A stretch of DNA of 64,000 bases, from positions 3,482,623-3,546,622 of the forward strand of contig NZ_JPON01000001.1 in assembly GCF_000733935.1 (NCBI RefSeq), read 5' to 3'. The translations under genes were made by a program, and so were the position numbers. Origin of the DNA: Methylomarinum vadi. Lineage in GTDB: Bacteria; Pseudomonadota; Gammaproteobacteria; Methylococcales; Methylomonadaceae. Shown in pieces: positions 19,787-30,301 of the stretch (the stretch's first letter is position 1; each line of letters starts with the position of its first letter). The notes under the pieces are model-generated. The model was not told where the DNA came from and did no database searches. It saw nothing but the letters and a program-made list of their open reading frames with translations.

Positions 19787-20027
19787 TTTTCAATTTGCCT
19801 CGGGCAAAGGCGCGTTAGCCGTTAAATTTCATCGCACTAGTAGGTTGGGCAAAGGCGAAGCCGTGCCCAACGGAACAAAATCCTGTCGTACATGTTAGTG
19901 CTTAGTACGACCGAAAAACTGTCAGAACGATGTATGTTGGGCTTCATGAGATGAAGTCCAACGAGTTAGGTGTTCAGGAACTAATGGGCTGCGCTATCGC
20001 TGGACCCAACCTGCCAAATGCTTAATG

Positions 20028-20759
20028 TTAATTCTCGATATTAAAATACGGCGGCATGCCGTTGACATAGGCCAGGTACATGGCATCGGCCATGGTCCAT
20101 AGCACGTCCAGCTTGAACTTCAGGATGTCCAGCATGCGTTCCTGCTGCTCGCGGGTCTTGTACCAGTCCAGCGTCAGTTGCAGGCCGTGTTCGACATCGC
20201 GGCGCGCTTCCGACAAGCGCTTGCGGAAATAGATATAGCCTTCCTGCTCCACCCACGGGTACATTTCCGGCCAGTTGTCCAGGCGTTGTTGGTGGATTTT
20301 CGGCGCGAACAGTTCGGTCAGCGAAGAGCTGGCCGCTTCGTGCCATTCGGAGCGGCGGGCGAAATTGACATAAGCGTCGACGGCGAAGCGCACGCCCGGC
20401 AACACATGTTTCAGCGAGGTGATTTCCTCGCGGGTCATGCCGACCGCCATGCCCAGTTGTATCCAGGCCTCGATGCCGCCGGGATCGCCGGGGTGGCCGT
20501 CGTGGTCCAAAATGCGTTGCACCCAGATCGCACGGGTTTCCCGGTCGGGACAGTTGGCCATGATGTTGGCGTCCTTGATCGGGATCATGATCTGGTAATA
20601 AAAACGGTTGGCGACCCAGCCTTGCAGCTGGGCTTTGTTCAGTTTGCCTTCATTCATCAGCGTATGCATCGGGTGATGAATGTGATAATACTTTTCCATG
20701 CCGCGCAGCTTGGCTTCGAATTCCTCGCGGCTCCAGGGTTTGTTATCGCAACAGCTCAT
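20028..20759 (-). CDS. pqqC: PqqC, pyrroloquinoline-quinone synthase
   Basis: 243 aa TenA-like fold; operon position. Confidence 0.9.
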   Translation of the reverse strand: MSCCDNKPWSREEFEAKLRGMEKYYHIHHPMHTLMNEGKLNKAQLQGWVANRFYYQIMIPIKDANIMANCPDRETRAIWVQRILDHDGHPGDPGGIEAWIQLGMAVGMTREEITSLKHVLPGVRFAVDAYVNFARRSEWHEAASSSLTELFAPKIHQQRLDNWPEMYPWVEQEGYIYFRKRLSEARRDVEHGLQLTLDWYKTREQQERMLDILKFKLDVLWTMADAMYLAYVNGMPPYFNIEN

Positions 20760-20768
20760 GTGACTCCC

Positions 20769-21680
20769 TTATAAATCGATTTCTAAACCATCGTAAGACA
20801 CTTCGATGCCGGCGGCGTCGAGTATTTTACGCTCCGCCGAATCTTCGTCCAGAATCGGGTTGGTGTTATTGATATGAATCAATATTTTTCGGGTATTTTC
20901 AACCTGGTTCAGCACTTCGATCATACCGCCCGGGCCTGATTGCGGCAGATGGCCGATTTCGCGCGCTCGTTTATGACTGATGTGTTGGGTGACCATTTCG
21001 TCGTCGGTCCAGAAGGTGCCGTCGACCATTAGGCAGTCCACTTCCTGCATCGCCGCCATGACATGCGGTTCGATCTCGCCCAGGCCCGGAGAATAATACA
21101 GTTTCTTGCCGGTGGATATTTGCTCGATGATGACGCCGACATTGTCGCCTTCGTGCGGGTCGTGGCGATGCGGCGAGTAGGGCGGCGCCTTGCTTTTCAG
21201 CGCATGAGTATAGAAACGCAGGTCGTCGATGGCGGGGATCGTGAAACTGCTGCCGTCGCAGGGAATCGGGTGATGGTTGACGGTGCAATAGTCCTTTAGC
21301 ATCGTGAATAGCGGAAAGCCGGTCGTCAGGTCTTGTTTGACCATCTCGGTGCAATAAACATCCAACGGTTTGCCTTCGCGCAACATCAACATGCCGGTAG
21401 TATGGTCGATTTGGCTGTCGATCAACATAATGGCCTTGATGCAGGTATCGCGCACGCCTTCCTGCGGCTGGATGGCGGGAAACGCTTCCAGTTGCGCGCG
21501 GATATCGGGCGAGGTATTGAACAGCAGCCAATTTCTGTTGTCCGTGCTGACCGCGATCGAGGATTGGGTACGCGCCTTGCCGTTCATTTCGTTATGGCGC
21601 AAACGATGACAATTATGGCAATTGCAGTTCCACTGGGGAAATCCGCCCCCCGCACCAGAACCGAGAACTCTTATCTTCAT
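20769..21680 (-). CDS. pqqB: PqqB (metallo-beta-lactamase fold)
   Basis: 303 aa, MBL-like HxHxDH-type region; operon position. Confidence 0.9.
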   Translation of the reverse strand: MKIRVLGSGAGGGFPQWNCNCHNCHRLRHNEMNGKARTQSSIAVSTDNRNWLLFNTSPDIRAQLEAFPAIQPQEGVRDTCIKAIMLIDSQIDHTTGMLMLREGKPLDVYCTEMVKQDLTTGFPLFTMLKDYCTVNHHPIPCDGSSFTIPAIDDLRFYTHALKSKAPPYSPHRHDPHEGDNVGVIIEQISTGKKLYYSPGLGEIEPHVMAAMQEVDCLMVDGTFWTDDEMVTQHISHKRAREIGHLPQSGPGGMIEVLNQVENTRKILIHINNTNPILDEDSAERKILDAAGIEVSYDGLEIDL

Positions 21681-21791
21681 GATGGATGTGTTGCTTTGAT
21701 TGTAAACAAGGGCAGAATGATACGGGAATCAAAAGCGACAGGCAAAAAAAAGGGGCCTATCCGGCCCCTTTTTTCCTTTCAACCGTTTAAA

Positions 21792-21866
21792 TTAACGGTT
21801 GTAGATGTACATAGTGACTTCAAAACCGAAACGCAGGTCAGTGTAAGCTGGTGTTTCCCATTTCAT
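21792..21866 (-). CDS. pqqA: PqqA precursor peptide (24 aa: MKWETPAYTDLRFGFEVTMYIYNR)
   Basis: Hand-translated; carries the conserved Glu-x-x-x-Tyr (EVTMY). A GGAGG Shine-Dalgarno sits 7 nt upstream. Below the ORF-track length cutoff. Confidence 0.85.
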   Translation of the reverse strand: MKWETPAYTDLRFGFEVTMYIYNR

Positions 21867-22112
21867 TGTAAATACCTCCAGAAGTTTTTTAGTTGTATGC
21901 TAGCTTGATCAAGTAAGCTGACTCAGAGTATACGATGAAGTTTTTTGTTTGGCAACATCGAGCGAAGTTTATAAACGCCATAGGCGGAAAAAAGGTTCAT
22001 TTTATACTTGTCCCTTACCGAATACAGGGTTATATTTAACGGGCACACCATTTTTACCGGTCGCTAGCTGATAAGCGATTTTTATAACTAAAATAATTAC
22101 TTGGAGGGAAAT

Positions 22113-22319
22113 ATGGGGAGTGTCGTCGAGATTGTATTCTTTATGCTGCTGATTGGCTTTATCGCATTCGCGCCGTTGGGATACTTTATTTATATGTATA
22201 CCATGAGAAACGGCGAGCCGTTCGGCGATATCGAGCCGCACGGCGATAGCGAATCGCCCTTACTGAATATGGTGGCTAAAGTCATCAATTCGGTGAAAGG
22301 TGCCGCCGTCAAAAAATAA
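22113..22319 (+). CDS. Small hydrophobic (single TM) protein
   Basis: ORF followed by an intrinsic terminator. Confidence 0.3.
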   Translation: MGSVVEIVFFMLLIGFIAFAPLGYFIYMYTMRNGEPFGDIEPHGDSESPLLNMVAKVINSVKGAAVKK

Positions 22320-22341
22320 CTAATCATTGCATCACCAGCAA

Positions 22342-22367
22342 AGCCGGAGTTGATCCGGCTTTTTTAT
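22342..22367 (+). terminator. Rho-independent terminator (agccgga-gttga-tccggct + T6)
   Basis: GC stem-loop followed by ttttttat. Confidence 0.5.
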
Positions 22368-22413
22368 GTGCGATAAAACGGTGTTACGACGAAATTAAGT
22401 TATCATCGTTGGG

Positions 22414-22941
22414 TCAATGTTTGCCCGGTTCCAGTTTGACGCCACGCCGCTCATGAGTGATATAGGCCTGTAACGCGATCATTTTGGGGTCGTCGGCCGC
22501 CAAGGGTTGTCCTTCCAGCGGATTTTTCAAGCACCAATTGACCATCTCCCACAATGGTACGACCTTGCCGATTTGTTTTTGGAACTTGGGATAGGTTTCC
22601 GGATGGGTATTGGCGGCGTTCGGATGGCATTGGGCGCAGGCGACGCCGTTGCTGCCCAAGTCGCCGCTGGTCCATAGCTCACGGCCTTGTTTGACCGTGT
22701 CCATGAACTGCTGCTGCCAGCGTTCCAGGTCGGCTTCGGTAAATTCGTCGGCCTGCGCCAAGGAAGACGAAAGCAGGGCGAAAACACCCAGTATAAGCAA
22801 CATTTTTTTGCCAGATGAGCCTATTGTAGGACGCGCTGAGGCACGAAGCGCATCGTTTATCAACGCCCCGCCTTCCCTATCCGTTTCATTTCGATCGTTT
22901 ATTACCAGGCTTTCATGAGCTTTAGGATTAGAAATTGCCAT
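22414..22941 (-). CDS. Monohaem c-type cytochrome, secreted
   Basis: Single CAQCH haem-binding motif and an N-terminal signal peptide. Confidence 0.7.
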   Translation of the reverse strand: MAISNPKAHESLVINDRNETDREGGALINDALRASARPTIGSSGKKMLLILGVFALLSSSLAQADEFTEADLERWQQQFMDTVKQGRELWTSGDLGSNGVACAQCHPNAANTHPETYPKFQKQIGKVVPLWEMVNWCLKNPLEGQPLAADDPKMIALQAYITHERRGVKLEPGKH

Positions 22942-22961
22942 GTCAAAGTTCCTCGCTATGA

Positions 22962-24038
22962 TTAATAATGGTGTTGCGGCGGAATGCGCGCGTCTTCTTC
23001 CTGATACTGGGTATCAAGCGGTTTTTTCTCGTCAGGGTTGAAGTGGACGCTGCGGTCTTTGTTGCTATAGAGGGTAAAGTTCAAGTCGACATGGCCGTTG
23101 TCCATGTTAATGAACTGCCAGCCGGTGGCGTCCCGCTCGAAGAAGGGGTCGGCGCGGTTCATCGGCACGGTTAGCTTGGGCAGATATTGTTCGGCCTGAG
23201 CGTAGGCCTGCGGATAAGGCCACGGCCAGGCAGTCGCCATGACCGAATGGAAGCTGATGTTGCCGATTTGGTTGTATTGAATTTGGTGGACATGGCCGTA
23301 GATTACCGACACCTTGGCGAACGGTTGCAGCAAGGCCTGGATTTGTTCGGCATCCTCGGTCCAGAAATTCCAGCCCTTGTAGATTTTCTGCAGCGGTGAA
23401 TGGGAGAAAACCACGATCGGGGTGGTTTTGGCGACTTTGGCAAGATCCTGTTGCAACCATTTTCGTTGTTCGTCGCCGACCATGAACGGCGAACCGTTCG
23501 GGTTGTCGAGCCCGGCCATCTCCATCATGCGTTGTTCGTCGCTGGGCCAGCGGTTAAAGGTCCAGTCGTCGTAGGTACGGATGCTGTTGAGGACGATGAA
23601 ATGCACCCCCTTATGGTCGAAACTGTAATACTGCGGGCCGAACAGTTTTTCCCAATACGCCCCCAGATCCAGATAATAATCGTGCTCGCCCATGACATAT
23701 TTGACGTCGTGTTTCAGGGCCGACATTATCTCGGCGCCATGATCGAGTTCGGCCGGCTTGCCCAGTTGCGCCAGATCGCCGCCGAACATGACGAAATCCG
23801 GTTTCGGCGCCAGCAGGTTGGTTTCGGCCACGGCGCGAATCAGGCCGCGGTCCCAGTTTCTGACGAAGCGGCTGCCCTTGATCTGCTGGATATGCGCGTC
23901 GGAAATATAAGCGAAGGTGAAGTTCTGCCCGTCATCGGCGAAAGCCAGTTCCACTAGGCTGATCGGCAGGGTACCGGCCACGGCCAGGGCGCCGCTGTTT
24001 TTCAAGAAATTGCGTCGGCTTTTGTTGAATGTCTTCAT
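22962..24038 (-). CDS. Tat-secreted calcineurin-like metallophosphoesterase
   Basis: Twin-arginine signal SRRNFLKNSGALAVAG; MPE motifs DAH...GGDL...GEHDY. Confidence 0.75.
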   Translation of the reverse strand: MKTFNKSRRNFLKNSGALAVAGTLPISLVELAFADDGQNFTFAYISDAHIQQIKGSRFVRNWDRGLIRAVAETNLLAPKPDFVMFGGDLAQLGKPAELDHGAEIMSALKHDVKYVMGEHDYYLDLGAYWEKLFGPQYYSFDHKGVHFIVLNSIRTYDDWTFNRWPSDEQRMMEMAGLDNPNGSPFMVGDEQRKWLQQDLAKVAKTTPIVVFSHSPLQKIYKGWNFWTEDAEQIQALLQPFAKVSVIYGHVHQIQYNQIGNISFHSVMATAWPWPYPQAYAQAEQYLPKLTVPMNRADPFFERDATGWQFINMDNGHVDLNFTLYSNKDRSVHFNPDEKKPLDTQYQEEDARIPPQHHY

Positions 24039-24052
24039 GAGTCCGGTCTCCG

Positions 24053-25300
24053 TTAGTTGGATGGCGTGGCGGCTGTTTGTTGAGCGATCTGGGGACTGGT
24101 CAATGCCTCAAGAAACGAGACCAAATCGTCGATTTGCGCCTCGGTCAGGTTCAAGGGGCGAATGCCGCCGCTGAGAAAATCGTTTACCTTAGCCGAGGCC
24201 GGCGTCACGCCGCCGTTGTTATAATGAATAATGACATCTCTCAGCGTCTTTAGACTGCCGTCGTGCATGTAAGGAGCGGTCAACGCGATATTGCGCAGTG
24301 TCGGCGTCTTGAAGGCGCCGATTTCGGTAATATTGTCGGTGACGGCGAAGCGTCCCAGTTCGGAGGATTTTTTGTCGGTCAAGACCAGGGTGTCGACTTC
24401 GCCGCCCTGATTCTTGGCTTGCAGAAAGGCTGTCGCCAGCTGCGGCACATCCTCTTGTATGGCATTGATGCCGATACCGATATTGTGGAAACGGTTATCG
24501 GTGAACAGGGCGTGATCTTGTTCGATCGTATGGCAGGAGATACAACGCCCTTGGCCCAGAAATAGCTTGAAACCGCGCACTTGCGCTTCGGTTAGCGCGC
24601 TGGTGTCGTGGTTGAAATAATATCGGTCGAACGGCGAATCGCCCGAGATTAGCGTGCGCTCGAAACTGGCGATGGCCTTGGCGACATGGTCCATCGTCAA
24701 TTGCTCGGCCGAGACGCCGAAGACATCGGTGAAAGCCGCTCGATAGTCGGGATCGCTACGAACGATTTCGAGAATCGGCTCGTGATTGGGCAGACCGCCC
24801 TCGACCGGATTGATGAACGGTTGTTTGGATTGTCCTTCCAGTTCGGGTTCCCGGCCGTCCCAGAACTGAGACGTGTAAAAAGCGGCGTTCAGTACGGTGG
24901 GGGCATTACGGGTGCCGGTCAAGCCGTTATTGCCGACGGACACGGCCAGATGGTCGGTGAAGGCCTTTTGTTCGTTATGGCAAGTGGCGCAACTCACTTT
25001 GCCGTCGATGGAAAAGCGGCTGTCGTGATAAAGTCTGTCGCCCAGGGCGATTTTGGCCGCTGTTTGCGGGTTGTCGGTCGGTACCGGTAGCGGAGGCAGG
25101 CCAAGCAAAGGGGTGTCGCTCGGTTCGATGGCCGTCGCCGTGGCGGTCGGCGCAGGACTGGTCGTCTTCGATTCCGCCGGGGCTGTCGATTCGGGCTGCT
25201 GATTGCAGGCCAGCAGGCCGACGCTCAGCATCAAGGTCAAGATAAAGCGCATGGAAACCTCCTTCGGTTTCTTGCCGAGAATAAGTTGGAGTCGTTGCAA
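24053..25300 (-). CDS. ccp: Di-haem cytochrome c peroxidase (CCP/MauG family) lipoprotein. Probable true start is at the internal Met (MRFILTLMLSVGLLAC...).
   Basis: Two CxxCH motifs (CATCH, CISCH) with CCP spacing; lipobox LLAC. Confidence 0.85.
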   Translation of the reverse strand: MQRLQLILGKKPKEVSMRFILTLMLSVGLLACNQQPESTAPAESKTTSPAPTATATAIEPSDTPLLGLPPLPVPTDNPQTAAKIALGDRLYHDSRFSIDGKVSCATCHNEQKAFTDHLAVSVGNNGLTGTRNAPTVLNAAFYTSQFWDGREPELEGQSKQPFINPVEGGLPNHEPILEIVRSDPDYRAAFTDVFGVSAEQLTMDHVAKAIASFERTLISGDSPFDRYYFNHDTSALTEAQVRGFKLFLGQGRCISCHTIEQDHALFTDNRFHNIGIGINAIQEDVPQLATAFLQAKNQGGEVDTLVLTDKKSSELGRFAVTDNITEIGAFKTPTLRNIALTAPYMHDGSLKTLRDVIIHYNNGGVTPASAKVNDFLSGGIRPLNLTEAQIDDLVSFLEALTSPQIAQQTAATPSN

Positions 25301-25327
25301 TGTAGTTCCTTTTGCTTGTTTGAGACT

Positions 25328-25346
25328 ATAGCGGTGCTTCGGCTAT
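25328..25346. promoter_or_regulatory. Putative LysR/OxyR operator: dyad ATAGC-N9-GCTAT (T-N11-A box) in the ccp–oxyR divergent intergenic region
   Basis: Palindrome read directly. An ATTGAT-rich repeat block lies next to it at ~25350-25385. Confidence 0.35.
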
Positions 25347-25428
25347 AAGTAAAATTGATTGAATCAATTGATTCGATTGATTTTTTTGTCGAACCCGTAT
25401 CACAACTATTTTAAATGGATGTCTAACG

Positions 25429-26334
25429 ATGAAATTACCTACCGTCAAGCAGTTGCGCTACCTGATCGCATTGGACGAACATCGGCATTTCGGTAAAGCG
25501 GCCAGGGCCTGTCATATTTCCCAGTCGGGTTTCAGTATCGCCATCAAGGATCTGGAGGCTTTGTTAGGAATCCGCTTGGTCGATCGCACCAATAAATCGG
25601 TGACCATTACAGCTTTGGGCAAGCAGGTGGTCGCCAAGGCCAGAGTATGCTTGCTGGAACTGGAAAATCTGGTTGAGATTCAGGTTGATGGTCAGACCCC
25701 TTTGGCCGGCAAATTTACCTTGGGAGTGATTCCCACCGTCGCGCCTTATCTATTACCTCTGATGTTGCAAGGGTTGCGAGAGAAATTCCCCGAACTGAAG
25801 TTGTTTTTGAAAGAAAAGATCACGCCGTTGCTTTATGATGAATTGCTGGCCGGACAAGTCGATCTGATGCTGGTGGCATTGCCTTACGAATTCAAGCATG
25901 TCGAAATCATGCCCTTGTTCAAAGACCGTTTTTTTCTGGCGCACCATAAACAGACGCGTTGGCTAAAGAAAGGCAACGAGTTGCTCGACCAGTTACGGGA
26001 GGACAGCGTTTTGCTGTTGGAAGATGGGCATTGCCTGCGCGATCATGCCTTGTCGGCCTGTCATTTGCTCCACACCGACAAAATCAATCGCTTTTCCGGC
26101 ACCAGCATTCATACCTTATTGCAGATGGTCGGCAATGATCTGGGCGTCACCTTCATCCCGGAAATGGCGCGACGTTCGCTGGCGTTGCTGAATGCCGAAG
26201 TTGAACTGCAAGCTATGGATGAAGACAGTTACCGGGAAATCGGCCTGGTTTGGCGTAAGAACAGCAGCCACGACGCCGAGTTTCGTTTGTTGGGCGAATA
26301 CATCGCAAGCTGCGCCGCCAACGCGCCTCAATAA
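25429..26334 (+). CDS. oxyR: OxyR (LysR-family peroxide-sensing regulator)
   Basis: LTTR HTH N-terminus; redox cysteine pair in GHCLRDHALSAC with the 9-residue spacing of OxyR C199/C208; divergent from ccp. Confidence 0.8.
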   Translation: MKLPTVKQLRYLIALDEHRHFGKAARACHISQSGFSIAIKDLEALLGIRLVDRTNKSVTITALGKQVVAKARVCLLELENLVEIQVDGQTPLAGKFTLGVIPTVAPYLLPLMLQGLREKFPELKLFLKEKITPLLYDELLAGQVDLMLVALPYEFKHVEIMPLFKDRFFLAHHKQTRWLKKGNELLDQLREDSVLLLEDGHCLRDHALSACHLLHTDKINRFSGTSIHTLLQMVGNDLGVTFIPEMARRSLALLNAEVELQAMDEDSYREIGLVWRKNSSHDAEFRLLGEYIASCAANAPQ

Positions 26335-26361
26335 AAAAAGGTTCGAGTTACCGCATTCGGT

Positions 26362-26676
26362 TCAATACATGAAGGGAGGAACCGGCCGGACATCATGAAG
26401 CTTAATCTCGGCGTCTTCTAGCAATTCCTTGAAATGTTGAAGGGCTTGACGGGCGGAACGCAAATAGTAGGCTTTTTCCTCATGCTCGGCCTGTTTTAAT
26501 TCATGCAGATAATGCGAGACGCTGTCTTTACTCTCCCGCAATGAGACTTGGCATTGTTCGAAGACCGCCAGGGCGCTGCTATTGTCGTGCGAAACGGTGC
26601 TTGCCAATTGTTCCAGCCGTCGACAGTTGGCTTGATATTCTTCGTTCAAGCTGGAATAGGTGTCGTTCTCATACAT
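26362..26676 (-). CDS. Hypothetical ~104-aa protein (start at MYEND; the longer ORF-track version overlaps trkH)
   Basis: ORF only. Confidence 0.3.
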   Translation of the reverse strand: MYENDTYSSLNEEYQANCRRLEQLASTVSHDNSSALAVFEQCQVSLRESKDSVSHYLHELKQAEHEEKAYYLRSARQALQHFKELLEDAEIKLHDVRPVPPFMY

Positions 26677-26701
26677 ACGGTTTCCCTTTTCGGTTAATGT
26701 G

Positions 26702-28156
26702 TTAATAACGCCAGTAACTGGGCGACAATAGCACCAGAATCGTGAAAATTTCCAGGCGTCCCAGCAGCATCGCGAAACACCCGAGCCATTTGACCGAATC
26801 ATCGACCGTTCTGAAGCTCGAAGCCACTTCGCCCAGCCCCGGGCCGACATTATTGATGCAGGCGGCGACCGCCGAAAAGGCGGACATATAATCGAGACCG
26901 GCTTCCATCATCAATAGCATGATGAGAATGAAGGCCACGACATACAGCGCGAAAAACCCCCAAACGGCATCGAGGATGTTTTCCGGCTGGACGATCTTGC
27001 CGACCTTGACCGGAATGCTGGCGTTGGGGTGGATCAGGCGTTGTATTTCGCGTTCCCCCTGTTTATACAGCAACATGACCCTGATGACTTTCAGCCCTCC
27101 CGCCGTCGAACCGGCGCAACCGCCGATGAACCCGGCGAAAACCAACAATATCGGTACCACGCCGGGCCACAGGAAAAAATCGGTGGTGACGAAGCCCGAG
27201 GTCGACATGAAGGAAACGGTTTGAAACATGCCGTGGCGCATCGCGTCCAGCAGCGTGTAGCCCGACGTGCCCTTATAAAACAGGTGCGAGCCGACCAACA
27301 GGCCGCAGGTCAGCATGACTAGCATATAACAACGCGCCTCGCTGTCGATGAAGTAAGTCTTGATGGAATTTTTTTGCAAGGCGGCAAAATGAAGGGCGAA
27401 ATTCAGCCCCGACACCGCCATGAAAAAAATCGCCACCATTTCGATTCGGGGGTTGTTGAAGTAGCTGAAACTGGCGTCATGGGTCGAATAGCCGCCGTTG
27501 GCGACGGTCGAGAACGAGTGGCCGATGGCGTCGAACCAGCTCATGCCGGCCAGCCGATAACAGAGAGCGCAGATCAGGGTGATTCCCAAGTAAATGATCC
27601 ACAGCGCTTTCGCCGTCTCGGCGATGCGCGGGGTCAGTTTGCTGTCTTTCACAGGCCCCGGCACTTCGGCGCGGAACAGCTGCATGCCGCCGATACCGAG
27701 GATAGGGAGTACCGCCAAGGCCAGGACGACGATACCCATGCCGCCCAGCCATTGCAATTGTTGCCGGTAAAACAGGATCGACGGGGGCAGGCGGTCGAGC
27801 CCCTGTAAAACCGTCGCCCCGGTGGTCGTGAAGCCGGAGACCGATTCGAACACGGCATCGGTAAACGACATGGCCGGGTTGTCGGCCAACAGAAAAGGAA
27901 CCGCGCCGATAGTGCCCAAAATCATCCAGAAGAAGGCGACGATCAAGAAACCGTCTCGATGGCACAATGGACGTTTTTCGCCGCGTAACGGAAACCATAA
28001 CAGGAAGCCAAGCATCTGAATGATTAGGAAGCTTTGCCAAAACAGATGGTCGTTACCGTCCTGGTAGATAAAGGAAACCAGCAGCGGTAGGAACATCGTC
28101 ATGCTGAATAGCATCGTTAACAGGCCGATACTTCTGAGGACTACTTTGGTTTGCAT
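26702..28156 (-). CDS. trkH: TrkH potassium uptake membrane subunit
   Basis: 484-aa polytopic protein with repeated M1PM2 selectivity-type GxG motifs; adjacent trkA. Confidence 0.9.
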   Translation of the reverse strand: MQTKVVLRSIGLLTMLFSMTMFLPLLVSFIYQDGNDHLFWQSFLIIQMLGFLLWFPLRGEKRPLCHRDGFLIVAFFWMILGTIGAVPFLLADNPAMSFTDAVFESVSGFTTTGATVLQGLDRLPPSILFYRQQLQWLGGMGIVVLALAVLPILGIGGMQLFRAEVPGPVKDSKLTPRIAETAKALWIIYLGITLICALCYRLAGMSWFDAIGHSFSTVANGGYSTHDASFSYFNNPRIEMVAIFFMAVSGLNFALHFAALQKNSIKTYFIDSEARCYMLVMLTCGLLVGSHLFYKGTSGYTLLDAMRHGMFQTVSFMSTSGFVTTDFFLWPGVVPILLVFAGFIGGCAGSTAGGLKVIRVMLLYKQGEREIQRLIHPNASIPVKVGKIVQPENILDAVWGFFALYVVAFILIMLLMMEAGLDYMSAFSAVAACINNVGPGLGEVASSFRTVDDSVKWLGCFAMLLGRLEIFTILVLLSPSYWRY

Positions 28157-28173
28157 GGTGGTCGAGTAATCCG

Positions 28174-29535
28174 TTAAATGCGTTGAAAGTAGCTTTCGAT
28201 ATTTTTGATATATTTCTTATCGAGAGCGAACATGACGATATGATCGTCTTCCTCGAAAATAGTATGGTGATGAATGGGCATGATTTCGCGGTTGCGGATC
28301 AGAGCGCCCAACACCACTCCCTCGGGCAATTCGATTTGGTCGACCCTAAGCCCGACCACCGACAAGGATTGTTCGTCCTTATGGGCGACCGCTTCGATGG
28401 CTTCCGCGCTGCCGCCGCATAACGAGCTGACCCTGGCCACGTCGCCTTTTCTGACGTGTTTGAGAATACTGCCCAGGGTATCCTGGTTGGGCAGCACGAC
28501 CAAATCGATATCGGTTTGTTTCAACAGCTTAATATAGGTACTGTTGTTGAGCAGGCAAATCGATTTTTTGGCGCCCAGTTGTTTGGCCAGCGCCGCGGCG
28601 ATGATATTGGCGCTGTCGTTATCGGTGATCGCGCAAAAAAAGTCGGTCTTGTCGATGACTTCGTCGATCAATAGCGACTCGTCGGTACAATCTCCGTGCA
28701 GGACCACGGTTTTTTCCAGTTCATTGGCGATTTTTCTGACCCGTTCGATATTTTTCTCGATGATCTTGATATGGTGGGTATTTTCCAGCGCCATGGCCAA
28801 TCGCTTGCCGACATGGCCGCCCCCGGCGATCATGACGCGCTTGATCGGCGCCTCCAGAATGCAAAGTTCGGTCAATATCTTGCGAATTTTGTCTCTGGGG
28901 GAGACGAAAAACACTTCGTCCCCTTCTTTGATGATCGCTTCGCCATTGACCGCAACCGCATGGCCTTTTCTGAAAATAGCGACCACTCGGGTTTTCTCGC
29001 TCAACAGGTGTTGCTTTAGGGTTTTTATTTTTCTTCCGGTCAAAAATCCCTTGGCCGCGGCTTTGACCGAGAACAAACGCACCAGGTCATCCGCGAATGA
29101 AGAAATATGCAATACGCCAGGGTATTTGATCAGATTGCGGATGCCTTCCATCACGATCTGTTCCGGACTGATCACGATGTCGATGGCAATGCCGTTGGGC
29201 TGAAACAATTGCGGATGGGTCAGATAATCCATCGCTCGGATTCTGGCGATGGTTTTAGGCTTTTTATACAGCGTCTTGATGATATGGCAAGCCAGCATAT
29301 TGGTGCTATCGCGATCCGTCGCGGCAATGACAATATCGGTGTTTTCTATGCCGGCTTGTTCCAGGATGTTAGGATGAGCGGCATTACCCACAACCGTGCC
29401 GATGTCCAGGCGTTCCTTTAGCGCGGCCAGTAAATGGGCTTTGATATCGATTACAACGATATCGTTTTCTTCGCTCGCTAGGGCGGAGGCAACCGATGAG
29501 CCGGTAACTCCCGCGCCGAGAATGAGTATTTTCAT
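28174..29535 (-). CDS. trkA: TrkA, NAD-binding regulatory subunit (two RCK modules)
   Basis: MKILILGAGVTGSSVA and MIAGGGHVGKRLA Rossmann motifs; 453 aa. Confidence 0.9.
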   Translation of the reverse strand: MKILILGAGVTGSSVASALASEENDIVVIDIKAHLLAALKERLDIGTVVGNAAHPNILEQAGIENTDIVIAATDRDSTNMLACHIIKTLYKKPKTIARIRAMDYLTHPQLFQPNGIAIDIVISPEQIVMEGIRNLIKYPGVLHISSFADDLVRLFSVKAAAKGFLTGRKIKTLKQHLLSEKTRVVAIFRKGHAVAVNGEAIIKEGDEVFFVSPRDKIRKILTELCILEAPIKRVMIAGGGHVGKRLAMALENTHHIKIIEKNIERVRKIANELEKTVVLHGDCTDESLLIDEVIDKTDFFCAITDNDSANIIAAALAKQLGAKKSICLLNNSTYIKLLKQTDIDLVVLPNQDTLGSILKHVRKGDVARVSSLCGGSAEAIEAVAHKDEQSLSVVGLRVDQIELPEGVVLGALIRNREIMPIHHHTIFEEDDHIVMFALDKKYIKNIESYFQRI

Positions 29536-29780
29536 TGCGAATGAATGTAGTGGAAAAAATTTTCTATTAACGGCCGTGGAAGCAACGAGACTTATCGTTA
29601 TTTTATAGAATTTTAATCGCGGCTACGAGAACTGGCTCGGTTTTCCACTATGCTTGTTATAGTCGGTTTGTCGGAATAGGGGCGCAAGGATTGCATGTTG
29701 CCGGATTATAGATTCCTGTCAGACTGTCCGTTGAATGCTCGGTCAGTGAAACATTTGTAGCAAATAAAGGAAATTCAACC

Positions 29781-30170
29781 ATGGCGATATTAGAAAACAA
29801 CCAGGCAGTAAAGACCGGATATGAACCGATCGATACGGATCACGAGGAATTTATCCAATTGCTAAGCCTGTTGGCCAGCGCCGACGATGACGCTTTTCCC
29901 GACTTGTTTCGACAGTTACAGCAGCATGTCGAGGCGCATTTCGAACGGGAAAATCAGTTAATGGAGCAATTTGCCTTTCCGGCAATCGCCGAACATCGAG
30001 CCGAGCATGCCAGGGTGTTGAATGAAATAAAACAATTCAGTCAACGCGTCGAGAAAGGTTTGGTCGCTTTTGGCCGGGCCTTCGTCGAGGAAAGCTTGCC
30101 GCAATGGTTCGAATTGCATGCGGCAACGATGGATAGGGTGCTGGCCTTGCATATCAAGGCTAACAGTTAG
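29781..30170 (+). CDS. Bacteriohemerythrin-like protein
   Basis: His/Glu iron-ligand pattern across four helices (DTDHEEF, HVEAHFERE, AEHRAEH). Confidence 0.7.
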   Translation: MAILENNQAVKTGYEPIDTDHEEFIQLLSLLASADDDAFPDLFRQLQQHVEAHFERENQLMEQFAFPAIAEHRAEHARVLNEIKQFSQRVEKGLVAFGRAFVEESLPQWFELHAATMDRVLALHIKANS

Positions 30171-30301
30171 ATACGAGGTCATTGTCGGCAACGGGGCAAG
30201 TAAGGGTAAGGGTGACAAGCAAATTAGCGCAACGGTTAAAGCGCTACGCGCAGCGCCTGGGACTGGTAGCGAAGGATTGCCGCAGTAGACGTATCGTCGT
30301 G

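Noticed and set aside
26677-26850. Long version of ORF 26362..26850 overlapping the 3' end of trkH
   Set aside because: The upstream 58 codons overlap trkH in another frame and are Trp/Cys/Arg-rich. A start at the internal Met (26676) is more plausible.
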